Shown here: positions 11,430 through 23,900 of the stretch, piece after piece
Numbering within the stretch: the first letter of the stretch is position 1
Layout: each line of letters starts with the position of its first letter
Assembly (NCBI GenBank): GCA_028534125.1
Contig: CM052817.1
Location: forward strand, 101,062,001-101,126,000
DNA length: 64,000 bases
Origin: Lama glama
Lineage: Eukaryota
Direction of reading: 5' to 3'
Position numbers and translations under genes: made by a program
The notes under the pieces: model-generated
Told to the model about the DNA's origin: nothing
The model's input: the letters and a program-made list of their open reading frames with translations, nothing else
The model's database searches: none

Positions 11430-12110
11430 TAATTATTTTTTAAATTGTGGTAAAATGTACGTAACACAACATTTACCCTCTTATCCGTTTTTAAGTATCC
11501 AGTTCAGTGCACAAGACCATCCACATTGTTGTACAACCACCATCACCATCCATCCGCAGAAGTCTTTGCATCTTGCAAAACTGAAACTCTGTTCTCATTG
11601 TTTTCTTTTTCTTTTCTTAAAATTTTTAAATGTTTTTTATTGAGTTATAGTCATTTTACAATGTTGTGTCAAATTCCAGTGTAGAGCACAATTTTTCAGT
11701 TATGCATGAACATACACATATTCATTGTCACTGTTTTTGTTTTTGTTTTTTGGTGTGAGCTACCACAAGATCTTGAAACTGTTCTCATTAAACAAGTGCT
11801 CCTCAGTCCTCCCCTCCCTCTGCACAGGCAGCCCCCCTTCTTTCTACCTCTATGAACCTGACTACTCTAGGGACCTCACACTGTATTTGCCTTTTTGTGA
11901 CTGGACTGTTTCACTTCACATAATATACTCAAGGTTCGTCCATGTTGTAGCATGTCCCAGAATTGTAAGGCTGAATAATATTCCCTTGAATGTATAGACC
12001 ACAATTCGTTTATCCAGTCATCTGTTGATGGACGCTTGGGTTGCTTCCACCTTTTGGCTCCTGTGGATAAAGCTACTATGAATGTGAGTGTGCAGATATC
12101 TTTACTTTTA
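11430..12110 (-). mobile_element. Old L1 3' fragment (L1M-type), interrupted by a younger L1 tail
   Basis: Minus ORF 11876..12142 resembles the L1 ORF2 C-terminus (FIVALSTGAKRWKQPKRPSTDDWINELWSIH..EYYSA); typical L1M 3' UTR sequence. Confidence 0.85.
11600..11778 (-). mobile_element. Short 5'-truncated L1 3' end nested in the older L1
   Basis: T-rich tail plus ttttattgagttatagtcattttacaatgttgtg; TSD CTGTTCTCATT at 11589-11599 and 11779-11789. Confidence 0.75.
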
Positions 12111-12899
12111 ACACATGTGGGTCCTAATCTGAGAGACAGCATAACTAGAAAGGAAAATTAAACCATCATGACTGTGTAACATAAAATAATCTAGCTCTTC
12201 ATCTCTTCAGTACTCAGGTAGGGTAAGTATTATAAGCAGAGAGTTATCCAGAATTAGGTTCCGTTTTTCATGCCATCTCCAACAGGGCTAAAAGTATTAT
12301 AGATGCTTTTTGTCAGTGAAAGAATACAGTCCATGCTGTTTTCTTCCCTTATTAGGTTTTCTTCTCAAGAAGTCACAGCCCAGTAGAGTGACAGTCTAAC
12401 ATAGACCAAAATTTACAAATGGCTGAATTTAGGAAGAACAACACTTAAAATAGTAAATTAGAACATTTAGTAAGGGGAGAAAAGGTTACAAAATACTACT
12501 GTCCTTGTATCTTTGCTGGCTAACAGTTAACTTGAAGAGGCTACAGATGTTACAGCAGTAACTAAACTATAATAAAGTAATTAGAAATAACAAAGAATAT
12601 TGCTGGGGATAATAGTAAAGAGATTGAACTCAACCTCCACCTCCTTTTCTGAGTTTGCTGCTCTCAGCTCTGACGAGTTCCCCACCCATCTGTTACCGCT
12701 GCCCCCCCAGCCTGCAGAGCTCATTGGCTGGGGCTACACTTGTCTCCCTATAGAGTCTGAGCCGCTCTTTAGGGGAGGACGGTCTTAGCCGTTTGGTGTC
12801 CTCCAAGGAAATTAAAGGTCACTGAGAGGATGGAACTTAACGGAGAGAATGAAGAGACTATCTTACAAGGCATCAACTTTATAAATAAAAATTGAAGTC

Positions 12900-13200
12900 C
12901 ACAGTGGAAATACAGTAAGATGAATAAGGTCTGAGGATGGAATGTGAAACATGGTGACTGTAGTTGACAACATTGTATTCTATAATTGAAATTTGCCAAG
13001 AGAGTAGAACTTCACTGTTCTCACCAAAAAAAAAAAAAAAAAAAAGTTAAATAAGTGAGGTGATGGACTAGGTGGGGGGAGTCCTTTCACAGTGTATATA
13101 CATAGATCAGATCACCATGCTGTGCACCTTAAATATCTTAATACTTTGAATTGTCAACTTATATCCCCATAAAACTAAAATTAAAAAATGAAAAAGAAAA
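12900..13200 (+). mobile_element. L1 3' UTR fragment (L1MA/MB-like)
   Basis: acatggtgactgtagttgacaacattgtatt...gagagtagaa...tgttctcacc, followed by an A-rich end. Confidence 0.7.
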
Positions 13201-13789
13201 CATAAATGTTGAAACACTTGAGGTCATGCACTATGCTGTCTGTAGTAATATTACAATTAACATTGATTAACTAACCACATAAGAAATAATTAAAATTGCT
13301 TATGAGAAAAAGAGAGGAAAGGAAAGAGGAAGGAAAAATGGAAGGAAGACTGGTTTTTCTAAACTTATGGGAAGTACTGTTATTCTCCCACACTGTAATT
13401 CAGGTATCAGTCATTCTTTCTCAACTTTTGTAATGACTCCAGGATGTTCAGAATTCTGAGACATGCTCAATCCAGAACTCTAGAACTAGGTAGAGTGTTT
13501 GAAATATGTTTGGGGAAAAGAAAAAAAAGCTTCAACTGGGTTTTCATTTTTTTTCCCTCAGAGCAGGGGGATGAACATTTCCAAATGCATAGCCAACCAA
13601 AAAAAAAACAGAATGGAAATCCATCAAAACCTAAAAGCTAAGTCTATATTAGAGGATACAGGATGATTTTTAAAATTTTGCTTTTTAGATTTGACATAGG
13701 AATGAAATAACTACTATTTAGTGTTGCTTAAGTACATAAGGAAGCCTCCTTTGACAAATTGAAACAAAAGTGGTTTAAAAATCTCTTCT

Positions 13790-14105
13790 TTCAACTTGGA
13801 GGATATTACGCTACATGAAATAAACCAGTCACAAAAGGACAAATCCTGTAGGATTTCACTTACATGAGGTACCCAGAGTAGTCACATTCATTGGGACAGA
13901 AAGTAGAATGGTGGCTGCTCGGGGTGGAGAGGGGACATGGGGAGTTAGTGTTCAATGGGGACAGAGTTGCAGTTTTGCAAGATGAAGGGTTCTGGGGGTG
14001 GATGGTGGTGATGGTTACACAACAATGTGAATGTACTTAACACCCCCCGAACTGTACATTTAAATGGTTAAGATGCAAAATGTTATTTTACTACAACTAA
14101 AATAG
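13790..14105 (+). mobile_element. L1MB-like 3' end
   Basis: gaaataaaccagtcacaaaaggacaaat...gacagaaagtagaatggtggctg...ggatggtggtgatggttacacaacaatgtgaatgtac. Confidence 0.8.
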
Positions 14106-16449
14106 AAAAGTTTCTTCTTCCTTAATGAAGATGGCAGACAGACTTTGCAGTGGATTGATGGTAGATGAATTGTAGGAGAAAGTAGGAGAGCTTATTTGGA
14201 GGTTTTGGTGGGGGGTGGGGTAGCCATTCACACCCTTCTTCAGGGGGTCAGAACAACCCACCCTGGCAGCCTGGGGGGGACCGTCACTGTAGCAGGTGGG
14301 ACCTCTCTGGAGGGGCTGAGGGGAGCTCCCTGCCTTCCGTTTTCACTCCCCTGTTCTCCAGGGATGGCATAACCCCTCTGTGGGCCTTTAATGGGAAAGG
14401 TCAAGAGCTCTGTACATGCCAAGTGTACTTGCCTCGGCAGGCCTGCCGTCCCGCAAGGTAGATGTGGACTGATTGAACTGATGGGGAGGGCGGGGGCCAG
14501 GTCTGCTCATCCCTGTTCTTGGGGCCGTTTGTCTCAGCCTGTGCAGCCAGCGAGTCCCTGCGGAGTCCGTCGCTGGAAGTGACTCAGAGCATCACCAGTC
14601 CCACACGCTTGGGTTTCTGAACTGCTGGTCCTGAACCGGCGGCAAGCCTTTGGGAAGTAAGATAAGCTAATTTACACGCGTAGCGATAACCCTCTTTCAA
14701 GGACTGTTTTGTAACAGTGCTTTAGAAGGTTCAGGTGGGATGACCTATGAGGAGGAGACGGCCCGCGCACCTGGCAGAGTGGAGGATGCCAGAGAGAAGG
14801 GCACTGTCCCCGCCGCCTTATCAGTGGTCTAACTTTCCTGCTGTTCGGAGGAGGCGCTGGGATTTCTCCTGCCCTTCAGGTGCTCAGCGATGGCCAGCCC
14901 AGGTTCTTCCTTAGGAGTACTGCTGGATTCTCTTAAATTAGTGAGCAGTTTCTGAAGCCTTGCTTCAGGCTGCAGAGACAGCGGCTGCCCCACGTGTGGT
15001 GCCCCCACCCTCCTGGGGCTGAGCGTGGAGGGCTGTCCCTGGTGGCCCAGAGCTGCACGCCTGGTGGCCGTCTGAGCTGGAGGGAACGTGCGTTCTGCCC
15101 TTCGTCTCAGAGATACAGCTCTGGGGTCCCCAGGGGACTTGGCCAGGCCCTGTGGATGGCTCCCTACAGATCTGCCCCAGTTCCTGGAGAAATGCCCCAA
15201 TGTGAAGCCTAGGCTGGGGGAGGACCACTCCCTACTTGTCTGTGTTCCTATATCCTCAGCGATGTTGGAAGTCACAAGAACTAGAGTGAACAGGAACCAG
15301 AGAGACCCAGGAGCCTTTCAGTTCTAGTACTGCTTTGGGGAAGGTATAAAATGACACCTCTGAGGCTCAGTGTCCTTATCTGTCAAATAGGGACAATATA
15401 AGTAACTTCTCCATCACTTTTTCGGCAACAATAGTGGTGGGTCTAGGCTGTGTGTACAGAGTCCCAGAGGGCGAGGGGTGAAGAGGGTAAAGGTGGGGCT
15501 TGGGGTGTAGGGGCGGGGAGGAGAGTACTGCCATCAAAGGTTAACTATAGCAGGAGGTGGTAATTTAGTGAAAGCAATATTAAAAAAGTTTCTTTGTTTT
15601 TTTTTTTTCCATTCCAAGTAGAAGAGAGGGCAGAGAAAGCTCTTCGGATGTGTATATAGCCAGGTCAATATACAAGCTCTTACTTGTGGCTTTTAATTTG
15701 TGGATTATGATAAGCACATCGTTTTCTGTCTTAAATTTAGATTCCTCTTTTTGGTATGAGCTTTCTTCTTAAAGGATGTTGAGTTTGACAGGTTTTATTC
15801 TCACCCTTTCTTTCCCCCCTCCTCTCCCCTCCCTCCACACCGAACTTGAACTGTAATCCAAGAAGGAGCCTGTTCTTTTAGCTTGGGAGTTTATTTTATG
15901 GCTGGCAGGTGATTGTGTTAACATGAAATAAACCCCTAGGATAGTAAATAATGTGATTGTTTAAGATTAGTCTTCAAAAGAAGGCAGCCATACTCTTGTA
16001 AAAATTTAACCTTGTAGCCAGGAAGTCCCATTAACTTTGGTTAACAGTCTTTGCTGCTGCTTATAAACTTAGAAGCAGGCCCAGAGATCAGGAATTTCAT
16101 CTGAAACCTGATTCTTTTTTGCTCACAATGAATCACATACTTTTGGAAGGAAAGAACATTATGACAACATTCCCATTTTAGCTAGTCTCCCTTTTCCAAA
16201 AAACAAATGGGAAAAATTGCAGGCTTTTAAAGTTATCTTTCCTCCATGTATCTTGGATATTTACTTTCGAAGAAATGGCCTCTGTATGTAACACCACCCA
16301 CCTCCCCAAAGAAAGTTTCTGTCTTATTTCTAGTCTGATAAAGCCCTTCCAGGTTATCACAGTGGTTTTCCCTTATCTGTGGGGGGGGGTACGTTCCAAG
16401 ACCCCCAGTGGATGCCTAAAACCGTGGATAGTACCAAACCCTGCATCTA

Positions 16450-16887
16450 CAGACTGTCCCATGATGGTTCGACTTGAGATTTTTCAACTTTACGATGGTG
16501 TGAAAGCAGCAGGCATTCAGTAGAAACTGTGCTTGGAATTTTGAGTTTTGATCCTTTCCCAGACTAACCATAGGCAGTCCAGTCCGCTGTCGTGATGCTG
16601 AACAGGGGTGGCCCGGCAGCTCCCAAGCAGCCACGTGATCATGAGGATAAACAGCCGATTCACTGGCAACCTGTTTTCCACTTTCAGTACAGTATTCAGT
16701 CAATTACATGAGCCATTCAGCACTTTGTTATACAGTACGCTTTCTGTTAGATGGTTCTGCCCAACAGCAGGCTAATGTAAACATTCTGAGTTGGCTGGGC
16801 CAAGCTGTGACGGTAGGTGTCTTAAGTCCATTTTCCACATTTTCAATTTACGATGGGTTTATCGGGACATAAATTGAGGAGGATCTG
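16450..16887 (-). mobile_element. MER47/Tigger5-type DNA transposon nested in Tigger7
   Basis: TA|CAGACTGTCC...GAGGAGGATCTG|TA with a TA duplication; tttacgatgggtttatcgggac terminal motif. Confidence 0.72.
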
Positions 16888-16995
16888 TACTGTGCTTTTT
16901 CCTATAGATATGTAACTATGATAAAGCTTAATTTAGCACTTGGGCACAGTAGGAGATTAACAACAATAAGGAATAGTAAAATAGAACAGTTATAA

Positions 16996-17470
16996 TGTCG
17001 ATGACCAGACATTAATCAGTCCATCTAAGAAAGAAATTGAAAATTTTATTCGAGCCAAACTGAGGACTATCACCCGGAAACAGCCTTTCAGAAAGGTCTG
17101 AGAACTGTTTTGCCCATTTGAGATGAAAGCACAGTTATATACATTTTGAGACAGAGGGCCGTACATTAAATGACATGTTGACAATTTACAGAATCCAGAT
17201 CTGCCCGTACCAAGCGAGAGTGGGTCATCGGTCATGGTGGCCTCTTACAAGATTAAGAAGAAGGTTATCTCCTAAGAAGTTATCTTGTTGATGACAGGAA
17301 AATGTTGCTCTTAATGGCTGAGCAGGTATTTCTGCCGATGGGGAGGTTTGGTCGATGCACAAGGCAGATACATGGTGCTTAGGAAAGAGAAGAGAGGAGG
17401 CCAAAGGGAGAGAATGTTTATGTTTAAATTTTCCTTGATTTGCCTTAGAATGTGAATTTTTATTTCATCA
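16996..17470 (-). mobile_element. Solo ERV1 LTR (MER4-group-like) nested in Tigger7
   Basis: TG...CA termini, 475 bp, 4-bp TSD ATAA (16992-16995 and 17471-17474), minus-strand AATAAA at 17045-17050. Confidence 0.8.
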
Positions 17471-17515
17471 ATAACAATATACTGCAATGAAAGTTAAGTG
17501 AATGTGGTCTCTCTC

Positions 17516-17824
17516 TCAAAATATCGTATTGTACAAACTGAATGCCTGTTCCATCTTAACAAAGCACTCATCATGCACGGTGGCTGTAACTTTTGCAGTT
17601 TGAGGTTCACCTGCAAAACTAGCATGAATTTCTTTTTCCTTCCTCACAATTTCATGGATAGAGGATTTGTTCTTACTGTAGATCTTGGCAGCCTCAGCAT
17701 ACAGTTTTTTTCCTTTCCTAATTAAGTCGAGAACTCCAACCTTTTCACTTAAAGGAAGCGCTTTACAGCCTCTCTTTGGCACATCTGAATTGCCGGCATC
17801 ACTGTTCTCATGCTTTGTGGCCAT
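17516..17824 (-). pseudogene. Tigger transposase N-terminal HTH (CENP-B/pipsqueak-like) remnant ORF, 102 codons
   Basis: MATKHENSDAGNSDVPKRGCKALPLSEKVGVLDLIRKGKKLYAEAAKIYSKNKSSIHEIVRKEKEI fits the pogo-family N-terminal DNA-binding pattern. Confidence 0.75.
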
Positions 17825-18167
17825 TATTAGTAAAATAAGGGTCTTTTGAACACAAGCACTGTGATACCACGACAATAACCCAATAACCAGGATGGCCAAT
17901 AAGTGACTAAGGGGCATCATATGCAGGATACACTCTCATCACGAAACGTGAGCTTTCATCGCTCCACTCAAAAGGCACACAATTTAAAAGTTATGAAGTG
18001 TTTATTTCTGGAATTTTCCATTTCATGTTTTTGGACTTCAGCTGACTGGGGTAAATAAACTGTTTCACTCACATGAAACTGTGGAAACGGGGGAACTACT
18101 GTAATTTTAAACAGCCCAAATCTATTGCAGCAAAAATCTGGGTTTAGCGGGTACCTTAGAATAGCCA

Positions 18168-18279
18168 CCATATTTCATTAAATCAAAGATGATGCATGTA
18201 TTGCAAGACACATCCTGATTGCAGAGATGTTCACATGCCAAAAAAAAAAAAAATGCATCTTAGACTTGGGGAAATACAG
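18168..18279. mobile_element. MER104-like (TcMar-Tc2) MITE
   Basis: Degenerate inverted termini ccatatttcattaaatcaaaga ... tcttagacttggggaaatacag. Confidence 0.6.
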
Positions 18280-18879
18280 CACAAGAGTTTTCCTTTTTAA
18301 ATTCTGAATAAAGTGTAGGGCACTGTCTTACCTCCTCCTAAAAGGGCTGTAGGACATACATATTCTTTTTCAATGAAAATAAAATTTTCCTTTAGAAAAA
18401 TAGTAAGAATGTTATTACATCTTTAAAAGTAACAGTATTGGTCCTTTTACATTCCTAAATCAGGGTTGGGATTCATTCTGCAATATCTTCAGAGTTCAAA
18501 TCTCATATGATTCTTGCTATGCTGAGACATCTATTTCCAAATTGGAGTGTTTTATTGTGGGGTGTATAATTCTAAGAGGAAATTGCAAAATTTAGAAAAT
18601 TTTAATATAATTTATGTAAATTATACAATATTAAATTAGATATGTGTAAGTATTACAGTTAACAAAATATGTCATTGCAGAAAGTTGGGGAGATGATAAT
18701 ATTTTGATATTCATAAAACTATATTAGGTATATCAGTTAATCTCTAGATTTACATAGTGGGAATTATTCTCTTATACATTAAAATCAGTGTTGTATTTTG
18801 ATAAATTTTAATTCTCTTCTTCCCTCCAACTCGTTTTATTTGTGTTTTAATAATCTTACGTGTCTCTATTTTTTTCCAG

Positions 18880-18941
18880 ATTACCATCTTGGATGCAAAA
18901 CGGAACATGAACATTGGGATATTTCTTAAGCAGTTTAAGAA
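18880..18941 (+). CDS. FHDC1: FHDC1 coding exon 2 (FH2)
   Basis: tttttccag|ATT...AA|gtaaga; ITILDAKRNMNIGIFLKQFK includes the conserved formin actin-contacting Ile; 62 nt. Confidence 0.95.
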
Positions 18942-19605
18942 GTAAGATTTTTGCACACATTTGAAACTTTTGTCACGTCCTTGCTGTCAGCATCAGAGTC
19001 CGTGGGTGTGAGCTAAAAGGCAGATTCTGATGAGTGAAAGCCATTCCTCATACCTTCAGGCTGTTTTTAGACGCATGGCTTGATGAGTCCCCAAGTGTGT
19101 GGCACTTTCTGCTGTTTACTGTCATAAAAACACAATCTTGTGGCTTGGAGTCCAGGGAGAATTGCCCTGGGATGTCTATTCAAGTCCAGCACGTCAGGGA
19201 ATTTATAAATTCATCTGTGGCGTTGTCCCGTGAGTGGAGGCTGGACCGCCGAGTCAAACGGTGGTTAAATTCAGGTGTTCTAAAGCGGAAGAGAGCGGGC
19301 CCTGGCTCCAGGGGTTCCACAGAGCTGCTTTTCTTCTCCCAAAGAAGCCTCCAGGGGCGGCTGCCACCTGGACCTCTCTCGGAGGCCCGAGGATGGTTTT
19401 CTGGGGGAAAGGACCTCTGGTATACCAGGGTTCCCGCTTTCCCTGGCAGTGAGGCTGATACGATCGCTGACACAAGACCGCCCATCAGACTGGGGAGGAG
19501 GTGGGATGGGAAGAAGGGTGGAGGTGATTTGTTTTAATTTCCACTGGCTTGTGTTTCTGACACTCCAGCACATGTGACCTGGAATCTGATCACTGTCTTT
19601 TCAAG

Positions 19606-19708
19606 GTCTCCTCCGTCCATTGTAGAAGATATTCATCAAGGAAAGAGTGAGCATTATGGATCAGAGACATTGCGGGAGTTTCTGAAGCTTCTGCCAGAGT
19701 CAGAGGAG
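19606..19708 (+). CDS. FHDC1: FHDC1 coding exon 3 (FH2)
   Basis: cttttcaag|G...GAG|gtaagg; SPPSIVEDIHQGKSEHYGSETLREFLKLLPESEE; 103 nt, phase matches neighbours. Confidence 0.95.
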
Positions 19709-19879
19709 GTAAGGAATTTGGGGCATGAGTTTCAGATGTTAGGAGTGATGATGAAAGTTTAATAGTTTTAGGAATGTCGGAACTCACATGGGAAGGGCAC
19801 TCTCCTACTCAGAGCCAGAGTTTTCTCTCATAACAGCAGAAAGTTACCCAGTAGAAAGAGTATAGGTTATGGAATTTGA

Positions 19880-20075
19880 GAAGCTAGGTTAAAAGTGGAG
19901 CTCATCCCTTACTTGAGAAAGTTGGGCAAGATTCTTAAGTCCTGTGAACTTTAATTTCCTCACCTGTAAAGTGAGGCTAACGACGCTTACCTCATTGGAT
20001 TGTCGAGGTGATTAAACCCTAGTCATGTCATGCATCCAACCTGGTACTTGGCACATGGGAGCTCAATAAATTTTA
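19880..20075 (+). mobile_element. MIR SINE
   Basis: ttgggcaagattcttaa...tttcctcacctgtaaagtgagg...ctggtacttggcacatgggagctcaataaat. Confidence 0.7.
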
Positions 20076-20932
20076 GTTCCCTTTTCTGTCGTCTAAGGAT
20101 GATCTTTGCCTAGGATGTACCCGGGCTTGTTTCATAACATGTAAACTTTAAGAAAAGAAAAGAAAAAGCAACCACTTTGGAATAAAGATGCTCTAAAAAC
20201 TGGAGGGGTAGGTAAACTTTTAATAACTGTTGTCTGTATAATTGACTAAAAGGTGGAGAATGCTGTGATAACAATAGAGTACCACGATACAAATAAATGA
20301 AGTTACGGATTTTGGTGGGGGGCTGATTTAACTGAGTTTTTGAATGATTAGTAGTGTGACAGAATGAAAAATAGAAAAACAGTTCTGTAAAAGCTTCCAG
20401 AACTGTGATATTGTCTATTTATGAAGAAGTGACCTGTGGAAAAATTCAATAAGAAGTTACGTGAACTCATAGGCTTGTACCTAGGCTTATAAACATTTCA
20501 TTAATGCAGAATCTTACAAAGTAAAATGCGTAAGTGACCCTTTTACATGTACTGCTGGTTCTTCCCTCCCTGCTCCTCTTCCCAGACATAATTTATGGAT
20601 CTTGCCTTTAGTGTCATTAATAACAACAAGAGAAATATATTTCTGCTTTTTCTTTCCCATCACTGATAAACGCACAATGTCAGATTGAGGATCTTAGTGG
20701 GTAACTGGATATTCCGGGTATATCTAATAACCTGAGCTGCTCTCTCCACCTCGGGTTTTCTGTTTGCAAATTAATTGTAAGTTACCAAAGCCCAGATTAA
20801 TTAATGGTGTGTATTAATGTCAGTAAAGGGTCTTAAAGAGTTGAGGGAAAGGTACATTAGATCATAATTTACCCTGGATCCTATATACAGAACACTCTTT
20901 AATCTTTTATGTGAAGAATGGGTGTTCCAAAC

Positions 20933-20990
20933 ATTTTTTTTTAAATTGAAGTATAGTTGATTTACAATAGTGTGCTTGTTTCAGGTGTAC
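20933..20990 (-). mobile_element. Very short L1 3' terminus
   Basis: polyT plus aattgaagtatagttgatttacaat...tttcaggtgtac. Confidence 0.65.
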
Positions 20991-23900
20991 TCAGAGTCTT
21001 TTATTAGGATGGGTAGGGTTTAATGAACTGAGTTGCTCTAGAAACCTTATTCGTACTTGGGTGCTTCCATGCCTCCTCCTGGTACCCAGTCCTAACAGAG
21101 CCCTCAATTTCCGATTATAAGTGGAAGTCAGGCATGAGGGAGGCTGCCGGCTTCCTGCCATGAGAGGGAGGAGGCTAAATGTAGTTTCCTTTATATCTTC
21201 ATTTCTAACTTAAAAATCACAGGCAATTAGAGAATGAAAAGTCAGTGGAAGGCTCACAGGTCTTTCAGAGAAGCCGGTTAGCTGTCACATTGCTCCTGTT
21301 TTAAAGACCCCTGTTTTCTGAGTTGTGTGTAGGATGTAATTCAAAGGGAAGAGACGGTTAAGGGAATGATGACTAAAACCCATCCCAGCACTGCCCAGGA
21401 CCCTGGGGCTCTTTCTGCCCCAGACGGTTAGCTGAGCCCGGACACGGTGTCCTGCAGAGATGGAACCCTGCCCTGGGACCCTGCACTGCTTTCCTGGCCC
21501 CTGGAGCAGCCCATCAGCCTCCTGCTGCAGGGCCATCCTCGTCTGACTGTCTGACCAGCTGGGTCACACTCCTGCTGGTTTACATCACTGACGCCTGGCT
21601 CTGGCTCACCACACCCTCCAAACTCCACCGGGAGCTTCCCTCAGCAGAAACACCCTGACAGTCCCCAGGGCCGCTTGGCGCCCCTCCCTACACCACCCTG
21701 GGGTGTGTGTGCTGGCAGAGGGAGCCACCTCATGACCACAGCCACTGCGGGCACGGACTGGCTTTGCTGTGAGTGCAGGTCGCCCACTGGCCCCACCCGG
21801 ACCCAAGGCTGACCCTGCAGTCCTGGGTGGAGAGTAGAGGCTGGAGATGAGGCCAAGGAGGAGGTAGGGCCAAGTGAGAGAGTTTTAGGAATGTGGCAGA
21901 AATACGCTGCTAAATGCAGCAATGTCCGTGTAACTGCGCATTGCTACACCTGTAGGGTAACGTTCTGTGCTCATTTTTAGCACGAGGAGGGACTGAACAT
22001 TGCTTGAGTGCCCCGTGTTCCAGACTCTGGACTGAGCTGGAGGCCACCAAGTGCTTGGCCCAGTGCCTGGCCCACACAAAGTCAATAAATGAGAAGCAGA
22101 GGCTCATCCAGGTTAGCCAACGCTCGTCTAGTGTCATGTGATTCGAGAGGCCTGGAGGACGGTGGGTTTGAACCCTGGTCTGTCCGACTCCAGAGCTGTT
22201 CCTTGGGCTGCAGTCCACTGCTCCCTTCAAGGAAGGAAGGCCAAGGGTTCTCAGAGCCCCGCCCCTGTGGCCTCCCCGCCCCGCATCCCCTCCCGCGCGC
22301 ACAGCGCACTGGCGAGGAGAGCGTCACTCAGGATTGCAGCGTCATCTCATCAGCACGCTGGAATTATGATTGGAAATGGCCCTTTCTCTCCTGCCGGCTC
22401 AGCTGGCAGGCTCACCCCACGGGAAGTTGTTTTCAGGATTTCTCTGCCCTTCACCACAAAGCTTTTATGTGGTGTCTTTGTTCATCTTGCTTCAAACTCA
22501 CAGAGGGAGAAGGTGAACCCAGAAATCAAAGCACCAGGGCCGGAGATGGGGCTTGACAGGGAGCAGGCGGTCGTGGGAAGGAGCCCTTCCCTCCATTGGC
22601 GCTGGTCCCCTGTCGCCAGCTCAGTGTCTGTTGGGGACACAGGGCTGGAAGGTGGAACTTATGTTCTCTGGAAGCAGGTTGCGTTGCCTCCTCTGGCATG
22701 TCTCTCACCTCACTCTTCCCTTCCTTGTCTGCCCTGTTCCCGGGAGAGGAGGAAGCCCCAGAGTCTCCTCTTGGCTGGGTTTGTCGGCGGGAATGCCTGC
22801 TGTTTCAAGGCCATGTGAGTGGAATTAGACTGCATGACGGAGGCCTGCCCTTTGGAATGTGTGAGTCTTAAGAAGCGTGCCGTTTGCTGTTAGGACAGAA
22901 ACCGGGCACAGCCAGGTCGTAATGAGAGTCGGCTGGCCCAGCCAAGAAAATGATGCCTGACATCGTTTGATAAATGCTTTTTGATGATGATGAGAATGCA
23001 TAATAATTACAGGGTTTGTCCACCTCTCTTTTTTACCTCCCTCACTGTAAAGGCACAGTAATCCCTCTTAATGAACATAAATCTCATTTTGAAATGGAAT
23101 TAAGAACCGTATACACGGCATTGAAGTCACAGACTATCTTTAGTATCACCGTCCTCTTGAACTCCACAAACATTTTTCACTCTTTATATAAGTGAAGGCG
23201 ATTAATCATTGTTCATTTACAGTTCAGCACATGTTTAATAGAAATATCTACTAAGTGTACTTAACATGACCTGTTGTTACGCTTCAGACAGGAAACCGTG
23301 CCGCAGTTCTCAGAAGTCCTGCCCGTGCTACATATGTGGTCTTCTGCAAGGCACAGCCCCTCTCTCCCCCTGCCCATATATGGTGAATCGTTCAACTCTG
23401 GTTCAGAAAGGATCAGACTTCATTCTGTGGCTTTCTCAGTCCAGCAACTAGGCACTGATTTGGGTTTAGCTAATCCAGAAGTTCCATCTGCCCTTAAATG
23501 TAGTAAGGCTGAAACCAGAAAATTCACTTCGGGGCCCTACAGGGAGAGGAAATAATGCATTTCTATAAATGGCTGTTTTCTGCTGACGTGGGGGGAAATG
23601 TCATCGTAAGGCCCAGACTTAATACCAGGGTGTGCATCTGCACGCTCACATGGGGGTATTTTCAGATAACTGATACAGATAATTCAGTTTGTGGATCTTC
23701 GCAAATACCCCGTCCTCCTTGTTTTTGCACTGTTACCTCCTATTTTTCAAGAGGTTTAAGAATCATGTTATTTGTAAGGGCACCTAACATAATCCAGGGC
23801 ATGGGAGAGCGAAAGCTTTATTAAAAATAACAGAAAATGTAAGTGCGAGGGTAGGCTATCAGCTTTACGCGGGTAGTCTGAAGATGCTGCTTACCATACA

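Larger units (their letters stand above)
16360..18101 (-). mobile_element. Tigger7/MER44-type TcMar DNA transposon with two nested insertions
   Basis: Terminal inverted repeats CAGTGGTTTTCCCTTATC...GGGGGAACTACTG|TA; internal minus-strand ORF resembles a pogo/CENP-B N-terminal HTH. Confidence 0.82.

Noticed and set aside
22089..22871. 155-226 aa intronic ORFs
   Set aside because: Overlapping, composition-driven ORFs in a GC-rich intron segment, with no visible homology or splice-phase fit.
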